Source of the DNA: Pelagomonas calceolata
Taxonomy: Eukaryota
Assembly (NCBI GenBank): GCA_918797485.1
Contig: CAKKNE010000003.1
Span: 5,022,001-5,086,000 of the forward strand
Length of the DNA: 64,000 bases
Direction: 5' to 3'
Within the stretch, counting starts at the first letter, position 1. Each line of letters opens with the position of its first letter. The position numbers were made by a program, and so were the translations under genes. The notes under the pieces were generated by a model. It ran no database searches. It worked only from the letters and a program-made list of their open reading frames with translations, and had not been told where the DNA came from. Below, in pieces: positions 1 through 11,362 of this stretch.

Positions 1-549
1 GAGTATGCTGTCGCACTCGTCCAGGACGACGACGTGGAGCGACGACTGCGAGCCCATCCGCGCCCACTCGTCGTCCGCCGGCTTGAAGAGCCCCCGGACC
101 GCCTGCTCCGACGCGCCCAGGAGGTGCGAGAACACCTCGGGTCCCCGCACGAGAATCGGCTTGCGATCGCTGAGGAGCTTGGCGATGCCGCGGGCGATCA
201 GCGTCTTGCCCGTCCCCGGCGGGCCGTGCCTGCGCGCAATCGAAAAATTCGCTGCTCGACGACGAACGCGCCGTAAATCTGTTTTGCGCCCCGCAACGCG
301 CAGGAGCAGGCCGCGCGCGTGGCGCAGCCCGCAACGCTCGCGCGTCTCGCGCGACACGAGCCGCGACGTGAGGACGCGTCGCATGACGGCTTCCAGCTCG
401 CGCCCGAACCCGCCGACGCCGAGCGCCGCGCCCAAATCACCACTCGCGTCGAGGATGGCCCGGCGCTGCTTCTCGGCGACGCTCCGGCTGCTCGAGAGCG
501 CCGCGCGACCGAACCGCGCAGCAGCCGCGCGAGCGGCTGGTGGCATCAT
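1..549 (-). CDS. NSF/Sec18-like AAA+ ATPase, 5' part (runs off window); GC-AG intron 230-301
   Basis: Spliced translation MMPPAARAAAARFGRAALSSSRS...LGVGGFGRELEAVMRRVLTSR...RHARGLLL/HGPPGTGKTLIARGIAKLL...GPEVFSHLLGASEQAVRGLF...SSLHVVVLDECDSI matches the NSF D1 domain (Walker A and B). Confidence 0.8.
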   Translation of the reverse strand, partial: MMPPAARAAAARFGRAALSSSRSVAEKQRRAILDASGDLGAALGVGGFGRELEAVMRRVLTSRLVSRETRERCGLRHARGLLLRVAGRKTDLRRVRRRAANFSIARRHGPPGTGKTLIARGIAKLLSDRKPILVRGPEVFSHLLGASEQAVRGLFKPADDEWARMGSQSSLHVVVLDECDSIL

Positions 550-663
550 TCCGTGTGCAGTGTTTGGCACTCTTGGGTGCACAAGACTTGCGTCGTCAAG
601 GAGATTAGCAGTCCTTTTTGCCTTATCTGGACAACTGACTCGAGCTCCTGACTCGGACCTGAG

Positions 664-790
664 TGTACCATGGTACCGTAGGTACCGTAGGTACCGTAGG
701 TACTACTACTGCGGTACTGCGGTACTTGCTGGTACTGCGGTACCTACGGTACTAGTCTGGTACTGTACAAAGAGCTCGTACCGTGGTACC
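664..790. promoter_or_regulatory. GTAC array (GGTACCGTA-type units) upstream of the NSF-like gene
   Basis: gtaccatggtaccgtaggtaccgtaggtaccgtaggtac...gcggtactgcggtac...gtaccgtggtacc, 115-240 bp upstream of the ATG at 549. A regulatory role is not shown. Confidence 0.7.
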
Positions 791-1066
791 TTAGTTCCCC
801 TTGACTAAAAGAGGTTTCTCATGGGATACCCGCAGCAGCTCGTGAATACGTGAGGTTTGTGGCTAGTCAGCGCAGTTATCAGACAGACTCCCACGTATGT
901 GGGACGGAACCCGCCGCGGTTTCAAGTTCAGATCACGGCGCTTTGGCTCGTAGCAAGCCATGTTGCCGGCTCGCCGGTAGTCGATAAAACACACACCTCA
1001 TCCCAGTGCAACTCTAGAGGCTCCTCCGGCCGGCAGGCAGCCGCGCCCCCCATCATCCTCGTCCAC

Positions 1067-1462
1067 TCAGTTCGCCCGTGCGTTCATGAGGCTGGAAAAG
1101 CGCCGTCGCTGGTACCCCGCCCACTCGACGAAGTCGACTCGGGTTGCGACGACGCGCTCCCGCCAGACGTCCGACTCCGCGGCCTGCGGACGTCTCGTCT
1201 CGGAGTCGCTTACCCCGCGTGCGGTAGCGTGGTCGCAGAAAGCGTCGGCAAAGTGATCGAGATCGAGGATGCGTGCGACGCCGCGCTGCGTCTTCCGACG
1301 CGGCGCAGCCTTCTTGGGAGCGGACCGAGCATGCTTGCGCGCCCTGGCGCTCTCGAGGCTCAGGCGACGCTTCTCCTCCGAGAGAAACGCACTTTTGTGA
1401 GCCGCGATTCGTTCCGTTCGCACGCTCGCGTCCGCGTACAGCCTCTCCGAAACGTGTGACAT
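1067..1462 (-). CDS. hypothetical protein
   Basis: 131-aa ATG ORF with coding-like composition, divergent from the next gene across a GTAC array (1586-1606); no family recognised. Confidence 0.45.
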   Translation of the reverse strand: MSHVSERLYADASVRTERIAAHKSAFLSEEKRRLSLESARARKHARSAPKKAAPRRKTQRGVARILDLDHFADAFCDHATARGVSDSETRRPQAAESDVWRERVVATRVDFVEWAGYQRRRFSSLMNARAN

Positions 1463-1737
1463 TGTTGTTTTTAAAGGGGCACAGCGAGGGCTATCTTGTG
1501 GCGCTCTGCTTGGTGTGGTCGGAGGAGGATGCTTAAATACAAGGTAAACCTGCCGCGAGACTCGAGACAGCCTGCTATACCATTGTACCTCGGTACCGTG
1601 GTACCTAAGCCTGGTATCCTGTCGTGTACTGTAGGCACAATGGCTACAGGTCCTGCGTCAAAAGCAGCCGGGTACGAGCTTGACATGCATCCAGTAGAGA
1701 CTAAAAAATAATAACGCGAGGCGCTGCGTGGCTTAAG

Positions 1738-3350
1738 ATGAGGCGAAGAAGACGTGCGCTCACGACGACAGCTTTCTTGCCGTTGCTAGCGGCGCCCCTC
1801 GCTCGGGAGGAGGCGCTGCCTCCCTCGCGCCACCAGCACCTATGCGTTCCGTGGACGGCGTCGCTGCGCGAAGCGTTGACGCGGTCGAACGCGTTTCTTC
1901 CCGACCCCGCGGCATTTGTGTCGCACCCGCCGGTGGACGCGGCCGCCGAGCGCCTCCGGCGGCAGCTGCGGCGGCTCGGCGAGAGCTGTCGCGCGCCGTT
2001 CCTGCCGATCGGCGGCACGAACGCGTTCGGCAGCCTCGTCAACGCGCTCGTGCTGCCGCTAAAGTTCGCCGTGGCGTCAAACCGGACGATGCTCACGCCC
2101 CCGCTCGGCGCCTACGCGAACGGCTCGTGCGCTACTCTGGCCTGCTTCTACCGCCCACTCGCGCCCGCCTGCGAGCGCGCGAACGGTTACCCCGCGCCCG
2201 TGCCGGGTCCTCGGCCGCGCTCGTCCGTCGTGGACGCCCTTGCGGTCAAGCAGGAGCGGCGCCGGCGCGCCAAGCGCTGCCAGGGCGCGGCAGCAGCACC
2301 GCGGTGCGACGACTACGAAGCCATCGCGCGTCGCGCCGCGTCCCCCATGCACCCTCTCTGTGATTTTGACTCTGCGAGCCGCAGGAAGCGCTGGGCGAGG
2401 CGACGATCCCGCGTGGTTGGCGTGCCGCAGTGCCGCGGCCAGACTCGTGCGACGAGACCTCATGCCGCGTGCCGACGCTCCAGGCCTCGGCGCTCAAGAA
2501 GATCGGTGTCGACCCTCCACCTGCGGCGTATGCGACTCAGGGGGGCTTTTGGTTTGTCTCGCAGCTCCTTGCGCGCGTTTTTGCAGCGTCTGGTCACATG
2601 CGCCCCAAATCTTATGCTTGTCGCGACCCAGGCATTTGCTCCGGCCAAACGACGCGACGCGGCGCCGCGTCGGCCGCCGCGCGGAGGCGGCGGGCCTGCG
2701 GCGAGCGCCGCGGCCGCTTCTCGGCATTCACGTTCGGCGCGGCGACTCGTGCCGCGAGGTGCAGGAGGCGACCAAGGCGCGTCGGTGTTCGCCCTTTGCC
2801 GAGTACTGGTACCACGCACTCGCCATGCGGGCGCGAGGCGGCGTTCAAGCATTCATCTCAGTAGCGAGATCTTCGCCGCAGGCGCGCTACGGCATCCGGT
2901 CCGTATTCCTCGCAACCGACGATCCCTCCGTCGTAGACGAGGCTCGGACAGCGGCCGCCACCGCTGGTCTGCCGCTCTACGCCATGCTCGCCAATCCGCC
3001 GGCCAGCGCCGGCACCGCACCGCCCCCACTCTGGGACTCAGCGCGCGCCCGTGTCAGACTCAGTTCGCATGACCCATGCTGAGGGCGCGGTGACTTGTGC
3101 CTTCTAGGTGCTCGCGCGTCGCGGCGTCGACGCGTCTTCCGCGGCAGCTGGCGTCGTCGACGACCTGGCGCTCCTCGGGCGCTGCGACGCGTACGTCGGC
3201 AAGTTCACCTCGAACCTAGACCGCATCGCGTATTCGCTCCTTGCGGCGCGGTCCGGGTGCCTGAAACCGGTCGTCTCCCTAGATTCGCTCTGGTGCCACG
3301 ACTGGTCCAATCGAGTCGGCCAGTCCCTTTTCGGGTCGTTTGTGTGTTGA
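1738..3350 (+). CDS. alpha-1,6-fucosyltransferase-like glycosyltransferase (GT23/NodZ-like), about 4 short introns
   Basis: Motifs across frames: FGSLVNALV, LGIHVRRGDSC, VFLATDDPSVV, DDLALLGRCDAYVGKFTSNLDRIAYSL; N-terminal hydrophobic segment. Confidence 0.75.
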
Positions 3351-4311
3351 TGCGAGCAAATCAAAATACACCTAATTAGGGATATTTAGAGCGAGGCGGC
3401 GCGGGCGGCGTGCCGCTAGTGTTCAAACCCGCGTCTACCCGCACGTTCCTAACTTGAACCTCTAACTTGAACCCTGATCTTAACCCTAACCTCACCACCC
3501 CGCCCCCCTGGTGGCCACGTGGGTCGACCTGGTGGGTACGGGGCCACTTAAAGCGCGTGCGGTAGCACGTGCTAAAAAGCCAATCAACTTGAAATTGAGA
3601 TGCTGAATCTAAAGTGATTTTTCAGCGATCTCAGCTTTGGTATGTGCTTGGATCTGATGAGCTGGGTACAATAAATGCACAATGCAGCTAAGGGTCACTG
3701 ACACGGACCACACGGTGACGGTCACGGTCATGGTAAAACACGTCGAGGAAAGAGCCACCAAGATGCATGAATCTCTTCTGTAAATGCAGTAATTTAGTTC
3801 TCGCCCCCGTTCGAATCTGACCATAGAACAGCGCAGCGGTCCGCGCGAGCCCTGGACGATTTTGGTGCACTTGTGCAGCTGCTGAAGACGGGCCTGTGTG
3901 GCCCGTGAGGCCTGCAAACTATAGTACGGTGAATACACCTATTCTCCTTACTTACCTACTTACTCAGGCTTACCCTACACACAACGAATCGCCACCGGCG
4001 CCAGTCTAAATTCACTATGTTACTAGTATTATCACTAAATTACATTAATGAAACTATGTACTATTTGGGAGTCAATTCTAAGACTTATGGGGTTAGCCTC
4101 ACTTCATCGGGGCAGACGATCTGCCAGTGCGCCCCCGGGCCGTACTGTTCACAGTGCTGGGCATAGTTTGCCAGTGTGTCCGAGGGTTCTAAGTTGGTAA
4201 TGATGGCGAACTCTATACTAGTAGACCCGCCTCACCTCGGGCAGGCTCGACACACTGGCAGACACACTCAGCCCACCCAGACTTCCACCCAGCCGGGCGA
4301 CTCGTTGTAAT

Positions 4312-6309
4312 TTATATTACATCGTCACTATGATTCGCAATCAGCGAAGTACAGCCAACTCGGTGGAGGAGTTTCGTAGCCTGGGCTCGTGTGGTGAGAT
4401 GTCGCACGGCGAAGGCGTGGCTGTTGCTTGAAAGTTCACGGCGTAGCCACGGATCGGCGAGTACGTCAGCTATGAGTTGGCTCCACGCGGCGTGGCGGTA
4501 CGAGACAAGAACCGTGGGTTTCTCGTTAAAGCTCGAAAATAGGACACTCTCGGGGCATGCATCCACAATGGCTGGAACGCCAAGCTGCATGAAGACGAAC
4601 GCGCGACCCGCATTCGACGTGCGCTTACAGCGTTTGACCATATCTTCAGGTTGTTCGTCGACCTGCACAAAAGATGGCGCGGTCTGGCGCGCCACCTGTC
4701 CGACGTCACCTGCTGGTGCCACCTCCGACGGCGCCAGGCCCAAGTCGCACTCAGCGAGGTGCTGATAGATCTTGCGCGGGTCGTATGCAACGAAGTCTAC
4801 CATTCCAGCCCGCCACTCTAGTGCGTCGACTTGCTTGGCCAGGGCTTTGGTCGCACGGGGCTCTACGAGGACCCGCAGTTTGAACGGATTACGGATATCG
4901 CCAAGGACCGGGAGCAGGGATTGAATATGCATGTGGTTCCCATGGTAGCAGAGCAATGGAACGCGGGCCTCACCAGGGCCAAACGCGATGGGCCTCACTT
5001 TGTGCATCACGCCAACTGGGCGCACGTCTTCGACGAGCTGGAGGCGAATGGACGCCTGGCCCTTGGCACGCCACATTGCATCAATGAATCCGTTATCTGA
5101 CACCATGATCGCGGATCTATCGGCCTCATTCAAGGTAGTGGCCTCAGTGTTCGACGGCTTGAAGACGATGCGCACCGACTTTGGATTGGTTGTGCGAGGC
5201 ACGTGTCCGAGAGCGAGAACAACATCGCACATATCGTGACCATGCAGAAGTTCGACGCCCAGGAGCCTCGCTAGGGCCGTAGAGTGCATGTGTGCGATGC
5301 GCATTGAGCCGGTCAACGAGCTGCCGGGCCTGAAGGCAGCGCAGAGACGCGGGCGCGGCGGCACTGGCAGGGAAAGGCACCGCTCCCTGAACGGGTGAAC
5401 CAGTAGTGAACCCCGGTAGCGCCCTACCGACCCGCAGTTTGATCCCTTTCCATCCGCGATGCCGGGAAGTTGTGCCCACTTCCCAGCAAGCACAATCATC
5501 AGGGGAGGCATCGAGCCCAAGTGCCACAACTTTTTCACGGCATTCTGAGCGAGATACATCTCGACGCGCTGCGTTGTATTTGCTGCTATCCACGCTGATA
5601 TGTTGACCAACATCACTGAGTCGGTCAGGCACGGGTCATCAGGCCTCAGGCCCAGTCCAGCGAGCCGTGGATCGTTCAAGAGTAGCATGCGGTCCATGCG
5701 GCACGTTTGGAGCCGCTGAACTCCAGCAGACACGATTGGGATTGGCGTTGTCGACGAAAACAGGCCATCGAGGCCAGGTCGCATAAAAAGAACGTCAGTG
5801 TCAAGGTACAGGAATAGTTCGGCACTGTAGCGCTCCCTAAGTAATGAGGGGGCGTAAAATCGGTAGTAGTTGGCTGCGTGCATCAGCTTCTGCTGCAAAC
5901 TTTTCTCATGGCCCCGGTAGCCCCAAACTTTTCGTTGTCGCGTAACCGCAGAGTCAAAATCCGTCTCGTGCGTGGAAATACGGAAGCCACGGAAAATCAG
6001 TGGTGCAAGCGAGTCCTCGAGCGCATGCTTGGGGATGCGCCAGTAGAACACGTGCGCGTGCAGGCGCCGCCGGCACCTGAGGGCATCGCAGCCAACGGAA
6101 AATGCTGACCATGCGGACTGCGTGAGCAGGTCAAGTTGCTGCTGCTGCTCGTTCGCGCTAGACGCCTCGATTGCGTACACGAGGTGCATTTCGTTGCGTG
6201 GCTCGACGTGTACCTCTTGGCACATGGTCATCGCGTCTCGCCAGGAGGAGCCCAATGTCACGACAAAGACTAGCAGGAGGAAACTCACAAGGACTGGTTT
6301 TTGGGCCAT
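4312..6309 (-). CDS. GT8-family glycosyltransferase fused to a second, GT-B-like C-terminal region; intronless
   Basis: Signal anchor; ANYYRFYAPSLL, FLYLDTDVL (DxD), VMLVNISAW, LGSMPPLMIVL; C-terminal CDLGLAP...FMQLGVPAIVD...LRRELS. Confidence 0.7.
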   Translation of the reverse strand: MAQKPVLVSFLLLVFVVTLGSSWRDAMTMCQEVHVEPRNEMHLVYAIEASSANEQQQQLDLLTQSAWSAFSVGCDALRCRRRLHAHVFYWRIPKHALEDSLAPLIFRGFRISTHETDFDSAVTRQRKVWGYRGHEKSLQQKLMHAANYYRFYAPSLLRERYSAELFLYLDTDVLFMRPGLDGLFSSTTPIPIVSAGVQRLQTCRMDRMLLLNDPRLAGLGLRPDDPCLTDSVMLVNISAWIAANTTQRVEMYLAQNAVKKLWHLGSMPPLMIVLAGKWAQLPGIADGKGSNCGSVGRYRGSLLVHPFRERCLSLPVPPRPRLCAAFRPGSSLTGSMRIAHMHSTALARLLGVELLHGHDMCDVVLALGHVPRTTNPKSVRIVFKPSNTEATTLNEADRSAIMVSDNGFIDAMWRAKGQASIRLQLVEDVRPVGVMHKVRPIAFGPGEARVPLLCYHGNHMHIQSLLPVLGDIRNPFKLRVLVEPRATKALAKQVDALEWRAGMVDFVAYDPRKIYQHLAECDLGLAPSEVAPAGDVGQVARQTAPSFVQVDEQPEDMVKRCKRTSNAGRAFVFMQLGVPAIVDACPESVLFSSFNEKPTVLVSYRHAAWSQLIADVLADPWLRRELSSNSHAFAVRHLTTRAQATKLLHRVGCTSLIANHSDDVI

Positions 6310-6390
6310 TGCGCCCCAAGGATATGCAAGCCTTGGCTGGCGGTATTTTTACGGCAGGCACTCGAGTAAGTTGGTGAGAGAGCAACCCAC

Positions 6391-6535
6391 TAGAGAGAGA
6401 AACCTACTAGCCCTTCCTACCCTAGATATGTATCTCCCACTCTCTAAATTTGAGTCTATATATTGAGTGTCTATCGACGCTACGGTGTAACCAATTTACT
6501 ATAAGACACTCTCGTAGTTGGCTTGGCTCAGCCTC
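6391..6535 (-). repeat. dispersed repeat family A, copy 1 (others 10836-10989, 34788-34957, 49000-49157, 62545-62698)
   Basis: Shared TAGAGAGAGAAACC...CCCTAGATATGTATCTCCCACTCTCTAAATTTGAGTCTATA...ACACTCTCGTAGT; the (CT)n end is fixed and the other end varies. Confidence 0.9.
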
Positions 6536-7520
6536 CGCCGAAATGACGTGGAGCCCATTTCGCTATTCGTCTACACCTTGTCGAGCGCACCGTTTGACGC
6601 CCGCGTTTACAATCAAACCTCATTGCACTACAAAACCCTTATGGTCATCGCATCGCCCGGGGGAAAAAAGCCTGCCCCCATCAGCCCTTGGGGCACGGAC
6701 GGCGGCGCGGCCCTTACGGGGCACCCAGGCAGCCGCACCGCCCACGCCGGCACGCTGGATAATCACCCGGCGTGCCGGCGTGGGAGCTACTGGTAGGCAT
6801 TACTGGTAGTAGGCAGAGAGATACTAGATAGCCCACGGGCAATGGGCATGCCGTTCCTCGCATGTATCGCACGACCGGGTCTGACTCGGAATCTGGCTCT
6901 GATGGGGAGGAGGAGGACGACACTTGATCTCCGCGGGATTTCTGAGCTCATGGTCCGACCGGGCGTGCGCGAGGGCCTCGCGAACGCGTCATGGCGGCGT
7001 TCGGCGCGGCGCGACATGTTGGGCAAGTAGGCGATTCATCCTCGGCTTCCTCGCAATTCAACGGGTCGACGGGCCTTCATTGGCGATGTTGACTCACCCC
7101 AGAAATTCAAGCTGCTTCCGATGGCAACTCTTCGGGTCTTCCGTCGGCGCAATGTCGTGAACGCGAGGGTGTTTTTCGCGACTCCCCCGCGGGCGCGGCG
7201 GCGGGCCGGCGGCCGGCTACGGAGATTCTCGCCGGCGGCGGCACTCGGGCACGACTCCACGGAGCGGCGGCGCGGCGGGATCCCGTATGCCTTGACGAGC
7301 TCTGGGTCGGGTCTCAAGCAAAGCGCCTCCGCGTCCGCGTTCAGCAGAATCAAGGTTGTGTGGCGGCGGTTCCCTTTTTTTTTCCCGCACATCGCTGCAC
7401 GACCTCTGCGACGAGTCTCCTGGGGCGGGGAGGGGTCCCGCAAGACCGCGCGCAAAACCCGTCGGTTAAGCTTAGTGCTTCACAGCGGACCCGCACGGCC
7501 ATTTGGCATCGGGATCGCCG

Positions 7521-8803
7521 CGTACGCTGTACCAGCGCGCTGCGCGTTCCTCGCCCCGGTTGTTACTTCCTCAGGGCGGCCAATGGGCCGCGTAACCAGC
7601 TTTTGGGCACCGCTCGTCGCGCTGGCGCCGCGCACTGCATAGGGCTTTCCAGCGCGATTTGGGCTTTTGGGGCCTCACGTCGCCGCGTCGCGTCGGCATT
7701 GGTAGGTTTTTGGACGCGAAGCTCATAGGTAGCATAGCCATGGCTGACCGGGCGGGCTTGGGCAGGCGACGCCGGAATCGCTCGCGGTAGACGCGTCGAG
7801 ACGGCCCGATCGCGGACCTGTTGCATTGACTAATACGCTATCCCTGGAGCCGCACGGCTCTTCGGCGTCGACGCACCCATACCGACGGCTGATCCCGCAC
7901 CTCTTTGGGATCTTCCGACTGCGGAAGCTCGTGGGCGCCTTCTTTGCGGTACCGCTCCCGAGGGCCGACACCGGCACCGGCGCGGACGGCCTCGTTATTG
8001 GAAGATTTTCGAACTGGAGAGTCGGTAGCATCACGGCGCCCTTTGGTGGTCGTGGCGGACCCTGTTGGCGGCGTTTATGTCGGGCTCGTGATGAGTTGTA
8101 ACCAGGAGCCGGCCGCCTTTCGTCTAGGTCACGCCCAGGCGCAATGTAATGTATTCATACTGGTCTATTACTCCGCCCGCCCTACTTGGGCGAAGGCTTT
8201 CGCGAGGGCTTGCGCTATGAGTCTCCCTAGAGGCCTCTAGACCATGCCCGGAGCCAACAGGTCCGCCGCGAGCTCCAATGGCCGCAGTGATGCTACCGAC
8301 TTGGCCGCGGACCCGCTGCGCCATCGTCGAGGCCGTCCGCGCCGGTGCCGGTGTCGGCCCTCGGGAGCCCCACTGAGGAGAAGGCTCCCATGACCTAACC
8401 CAATCAATACATGTCGGAGAGGTGCGGGATCGGCCGTCGGTATGGGTGCGTCGACGCCGAAGAGCCGTGCGGCTCCAGGGATAGCGTATTAGTCAATGCA
8501 ACAGGTCCGCGATCGGGCCGTCTCGACGCGTCTACCGCGAGCGATTCCGGCGTCGCCTGCCCAAGCCCGCCCGGTCAGCCATGGCTATGCTACCTATGAG
8601 CTTCGCGTCCAAAAACCTACCAATGCCGACGCGACGCGGCGACGTGAGGCCCCAAAAGCCCAAATCGCGCTGGAAAGCCCTATGCAGTGCGCGGCGCCAG
8701 CGCGACGAGCGATGCCCAAAAGCTGGTTACGCGGCCCAGTGGCCGCCCTGAGGAAGGGACAGCCGGGGCGAGGAACGCGCAGCGCGCTGGTATAGCGTAT
8801 GCG
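7521..8803. repeat. about 1.3-kb foldback (long inverted repeat)
   Basis: 7521-7904 is the near-identical reverse complement of 8418-8803; weaker inner arm matches 7955-7994/8327-8368 and about 8021-8070/8252-8300. Confidence 0.9.
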
Positions 8804-9820
8804 CCCTTTTTGATGCCAAGTGAGCCACTTAGACTTTAGGGGCGGATCGCAAAAAGAATTAATAGGCAAAACGGGTTTTTCCGATTATGGGACCCCCCCC
8901 ATAGATCCTAACATGGGAATGTCGGGAGCGCCATGCTTACATATTTGGGACGAGGCGCCGCCTCATCGATCCTCTCCCAGTAGCGAGCTCCCGACATTGA
9001 GAATAGTCTTCCTTCGTTAATCGGGCTACCTACTAGTAACCCACTAGAATCAGGCCCCGGCTGCTCACAGCTTTTACGGCTGCTTGCCGGCCCGTCTCTG
9101 TCAGCGGGCTCTGTCTGGCATCCACACATGACATATACCTGCCGCGGGCGATTTCAGAAATCAAGCGCGGCCCAAAATCGCCCAGGACAGCCATTTTGCG
9201 GAAGTACCGGTGCACAGCGATGCGGCACCGCGTCGGCCGACCTCGCGCGCTCTCACGCGACGCGCTCCGACCGACGCTCGGTTTTTGAGATGCCTACCGC
9301 GGCGCTGGAGGCATTTAGTGAGCCCTATTGCCCCGAACGCGGCCTCGGCCGGTAGTACCAGCGGCCGGCGACGGTCAACATAACGGCGCCACGATGCCAG
9401 GCGTGCGTTTCCAGCCACTGCGATCATATCGAAACCGCGTGGGATCATCGAAGACCGCTTTTGGTTCCGCACCCAAAACGCCAGAAAAAAACGTAGGCGT
9501 CTCGCGGCCGTAACTTTTCACCACCCGATCCGTTTGTTGCACCCTTGGGACCGAACCAGACTTATTGACGTACGCCTAAAGGATGGTGACCCCGCTCAGG
9601 GGTCTGGGGGCGCTCCTAGCGAAATCGGGTTTTAGTGTCCGCCCCGAACTTAGTACTAGTACGTGAGCCATGGCCTATGGTGCGGGACCGCTGTGGCTTG
9701 GCTAAATGGGCGTCTTGAGTACCCACGGACGAGCGGTGAGGAACCGCGGACTTGCCTATCGGACGGGGGACCGTGTCCGATGCTGCAGTACAGCTCCTAA
9801 CAGATAATCGGGCGGCTGTC

Positions 9821-10729
9821 ATGGCCGAGCTCTCCGACTACGAAAAGCTCCGCATCGCGAACATCCTCCGGAACGAGGCGGAGATGAAGCGGCTCGGGCT
9901 CGACGTGTCCAAGCTGACGAACGCGGCCCTCGGGCGCCAGGCGCCGACGGCGACGACGCGGCGCCGCGCCGTGCGGCCCAAGGGCGCGCCGCCGACGCGC
10001 CGGTCGCTGCGCGCCATGGGCAAGCCGGCGCCGGCGTACTCCGACGCGGCGGTGGAGCGCGACGCGAGGGAGGCGGAGGCCGCGGACCTCGCGTCGGGCG
10101 GCCGCGGTCGGAAACGCGCGCGGCCGGCGGCGGCGGCGGGCCCGCGGCCACCGCCGGCGACCGCGACGTCGATCCGGAACCTCGACGCGGACGTCGACGG
10201 CCTCCGGCGGCGGTTCCTCGGTCGCGTCGTGCCGCCGCTCGGCGGTCAGGTGAAGCGCGCCGTCATGGAGGCGGCGAGCCCGGGCGTGTCGCCGACGTTC
10301 TCGCGCATGTCGGGCATCCAGGAGTGGCGCAACGCGATCATGCTCTTCGTGAACGTCTACGGCGACGGCTACAAGAACTCCTTCGTCGGTGGCGGCGTAG
10401 AGATTACGTGGTTCGCGCAGCCGCGGCAGTGGGAGGGCACGCCGGTCGTCCAGCGGCTCGTGAACTGCGATGGCGGAGAGGTCGCCGCGGACGGCGGCGG
10501 CGAGGCCGTGCACTTCGACGAGACGCCCGTGCTCCTGTTCTGCCGCGAGGAGGGCCAGGGCTACGTCTACTGCGGCGAGCTCGCGTACCTGGGGCACGAC
10601 CCCGCCCGAATTCCCATCCGCTTCGTCTGGCAGCTCACCGACTACGAGCAGCTCAAGGACGCGCCGCCGTTCCAGTCACTCGTCGCCAACTGCCGCAACC
10701 TCCTCGCGTCTCCTCGGCCCTTGGGCTAG
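9821..10729 (+). CDS. protein with N-terminal YExxRxxNIxxN..LGL helix and C-terminal DUF3427-like (PUA/SRA-like) domain
   Basis: MAELSDYEKLRIANILRNEAEMKRLGL; SGIQEWRNAIMLFVN..YKNSF..ITWFAQPRQ..PVLLFCREEGQGYVYCGELAY..PIRFVWQL; strong GC3 codon bias. Confidence 0.7.
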   Translation: MAELSDYEKLRIANILRNEAEMKRLGLDVSKLTNAALGRQAPTATTRRRAVRPKGAPPTRRSLRAMGKPAPAYSDAAVERDAREAEAADLASGGRGRKRARPAAAAGPRPPPATATSIRNLDADVDGLRRRFLGRVVPPLGGQVKRAVMEAASPGVSPTFSRMSGIQEWRNAIMLFVNVYGDGYKNSFVGGGVEITWFAQPRQWEGTPVVQRLVNCDGGEVAADGGGEAVHFDETPVLLFCREEGQGYVYCGELAYLGHDPARIPIRFVWQLTDYEQLKDAPPFQSLVANCRNLLASPRPLG

Positions 10730-10835
10730 CCCGCGATCATGATGCTGCTGTGTAAACTTCTGGTAAGATCATCTCACGGACTTTCTCACGGTTCGAGTTC
10801 AACTCAGGCTACCGTGTGACATCATGATATTTCCA

Positions 10836-10989
10836 AGCACGCCACGTACGAGAGTGTTGTACTTTAATTCCCTAGCAAACTGGATTACAAAGTAGCGTCG
10901 TTAGACACTCAATGTATAAACTCAATTTAGAGAGTGGGAGATACATATCTAGGGTAGGAACTTGAAGGGCTAGGGGGTTTCTCTCTCTA
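10836..10989 (+). repeat. family A copy carrying a CTTGAA insertion, followed by a GTAC array
   Basis: AGGAA[CTTGAA]GGGCTAG here versus AGGAAGGGCTAG at 62671; followed by tacggtaccgtaggtaccgtaggtaccgtacc. Confidence 0.85.
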
Positions 10990-11362
10990 CTACGGTACCG
11001 TAGGTACCGTAGGTACCGTACCGTGACTGCCGCGGCGGTGGGACACCAGTAGGGCCTGATTATTCCAAGCTCATGATAGTCCCTTATTCTGAACTCTCGC
11101 AGCGCAATGTGCCGAGATTTAGTACTATCTCTAGTGACTATTGTTGGGATGATTGGTCACACTAAGGCATGCCTGATTATCGATGAACAGTGGGATGGAA
11201 GGAGCCGATTTGACATCATCGAATTTCTGTTCAGCTTGAGCGTGTGCTTGATCGAACGCGTTTTGCACTGAAGAACCTACAGGAGGTACCTACGGTACCT
11301 ACGGTACCGTAGGTACAGCATGAGCATGACATTGTGCGCATGCTGATTGATTTCCGGCAGCC

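Noticed and set aside
664..790. GGTACCGTA arrays read as CRISPR or telomeric repeats
   Set aside because: No unique spacers or cas genes, eukaryotic context, units flip orientation and recur at many internal promoters.
3448..3496. Telomere-like TAACCCTAACC tract
   Set aside because: Only about two clean units; much of the periodicity comes from two AACTTGAA 8-mers.
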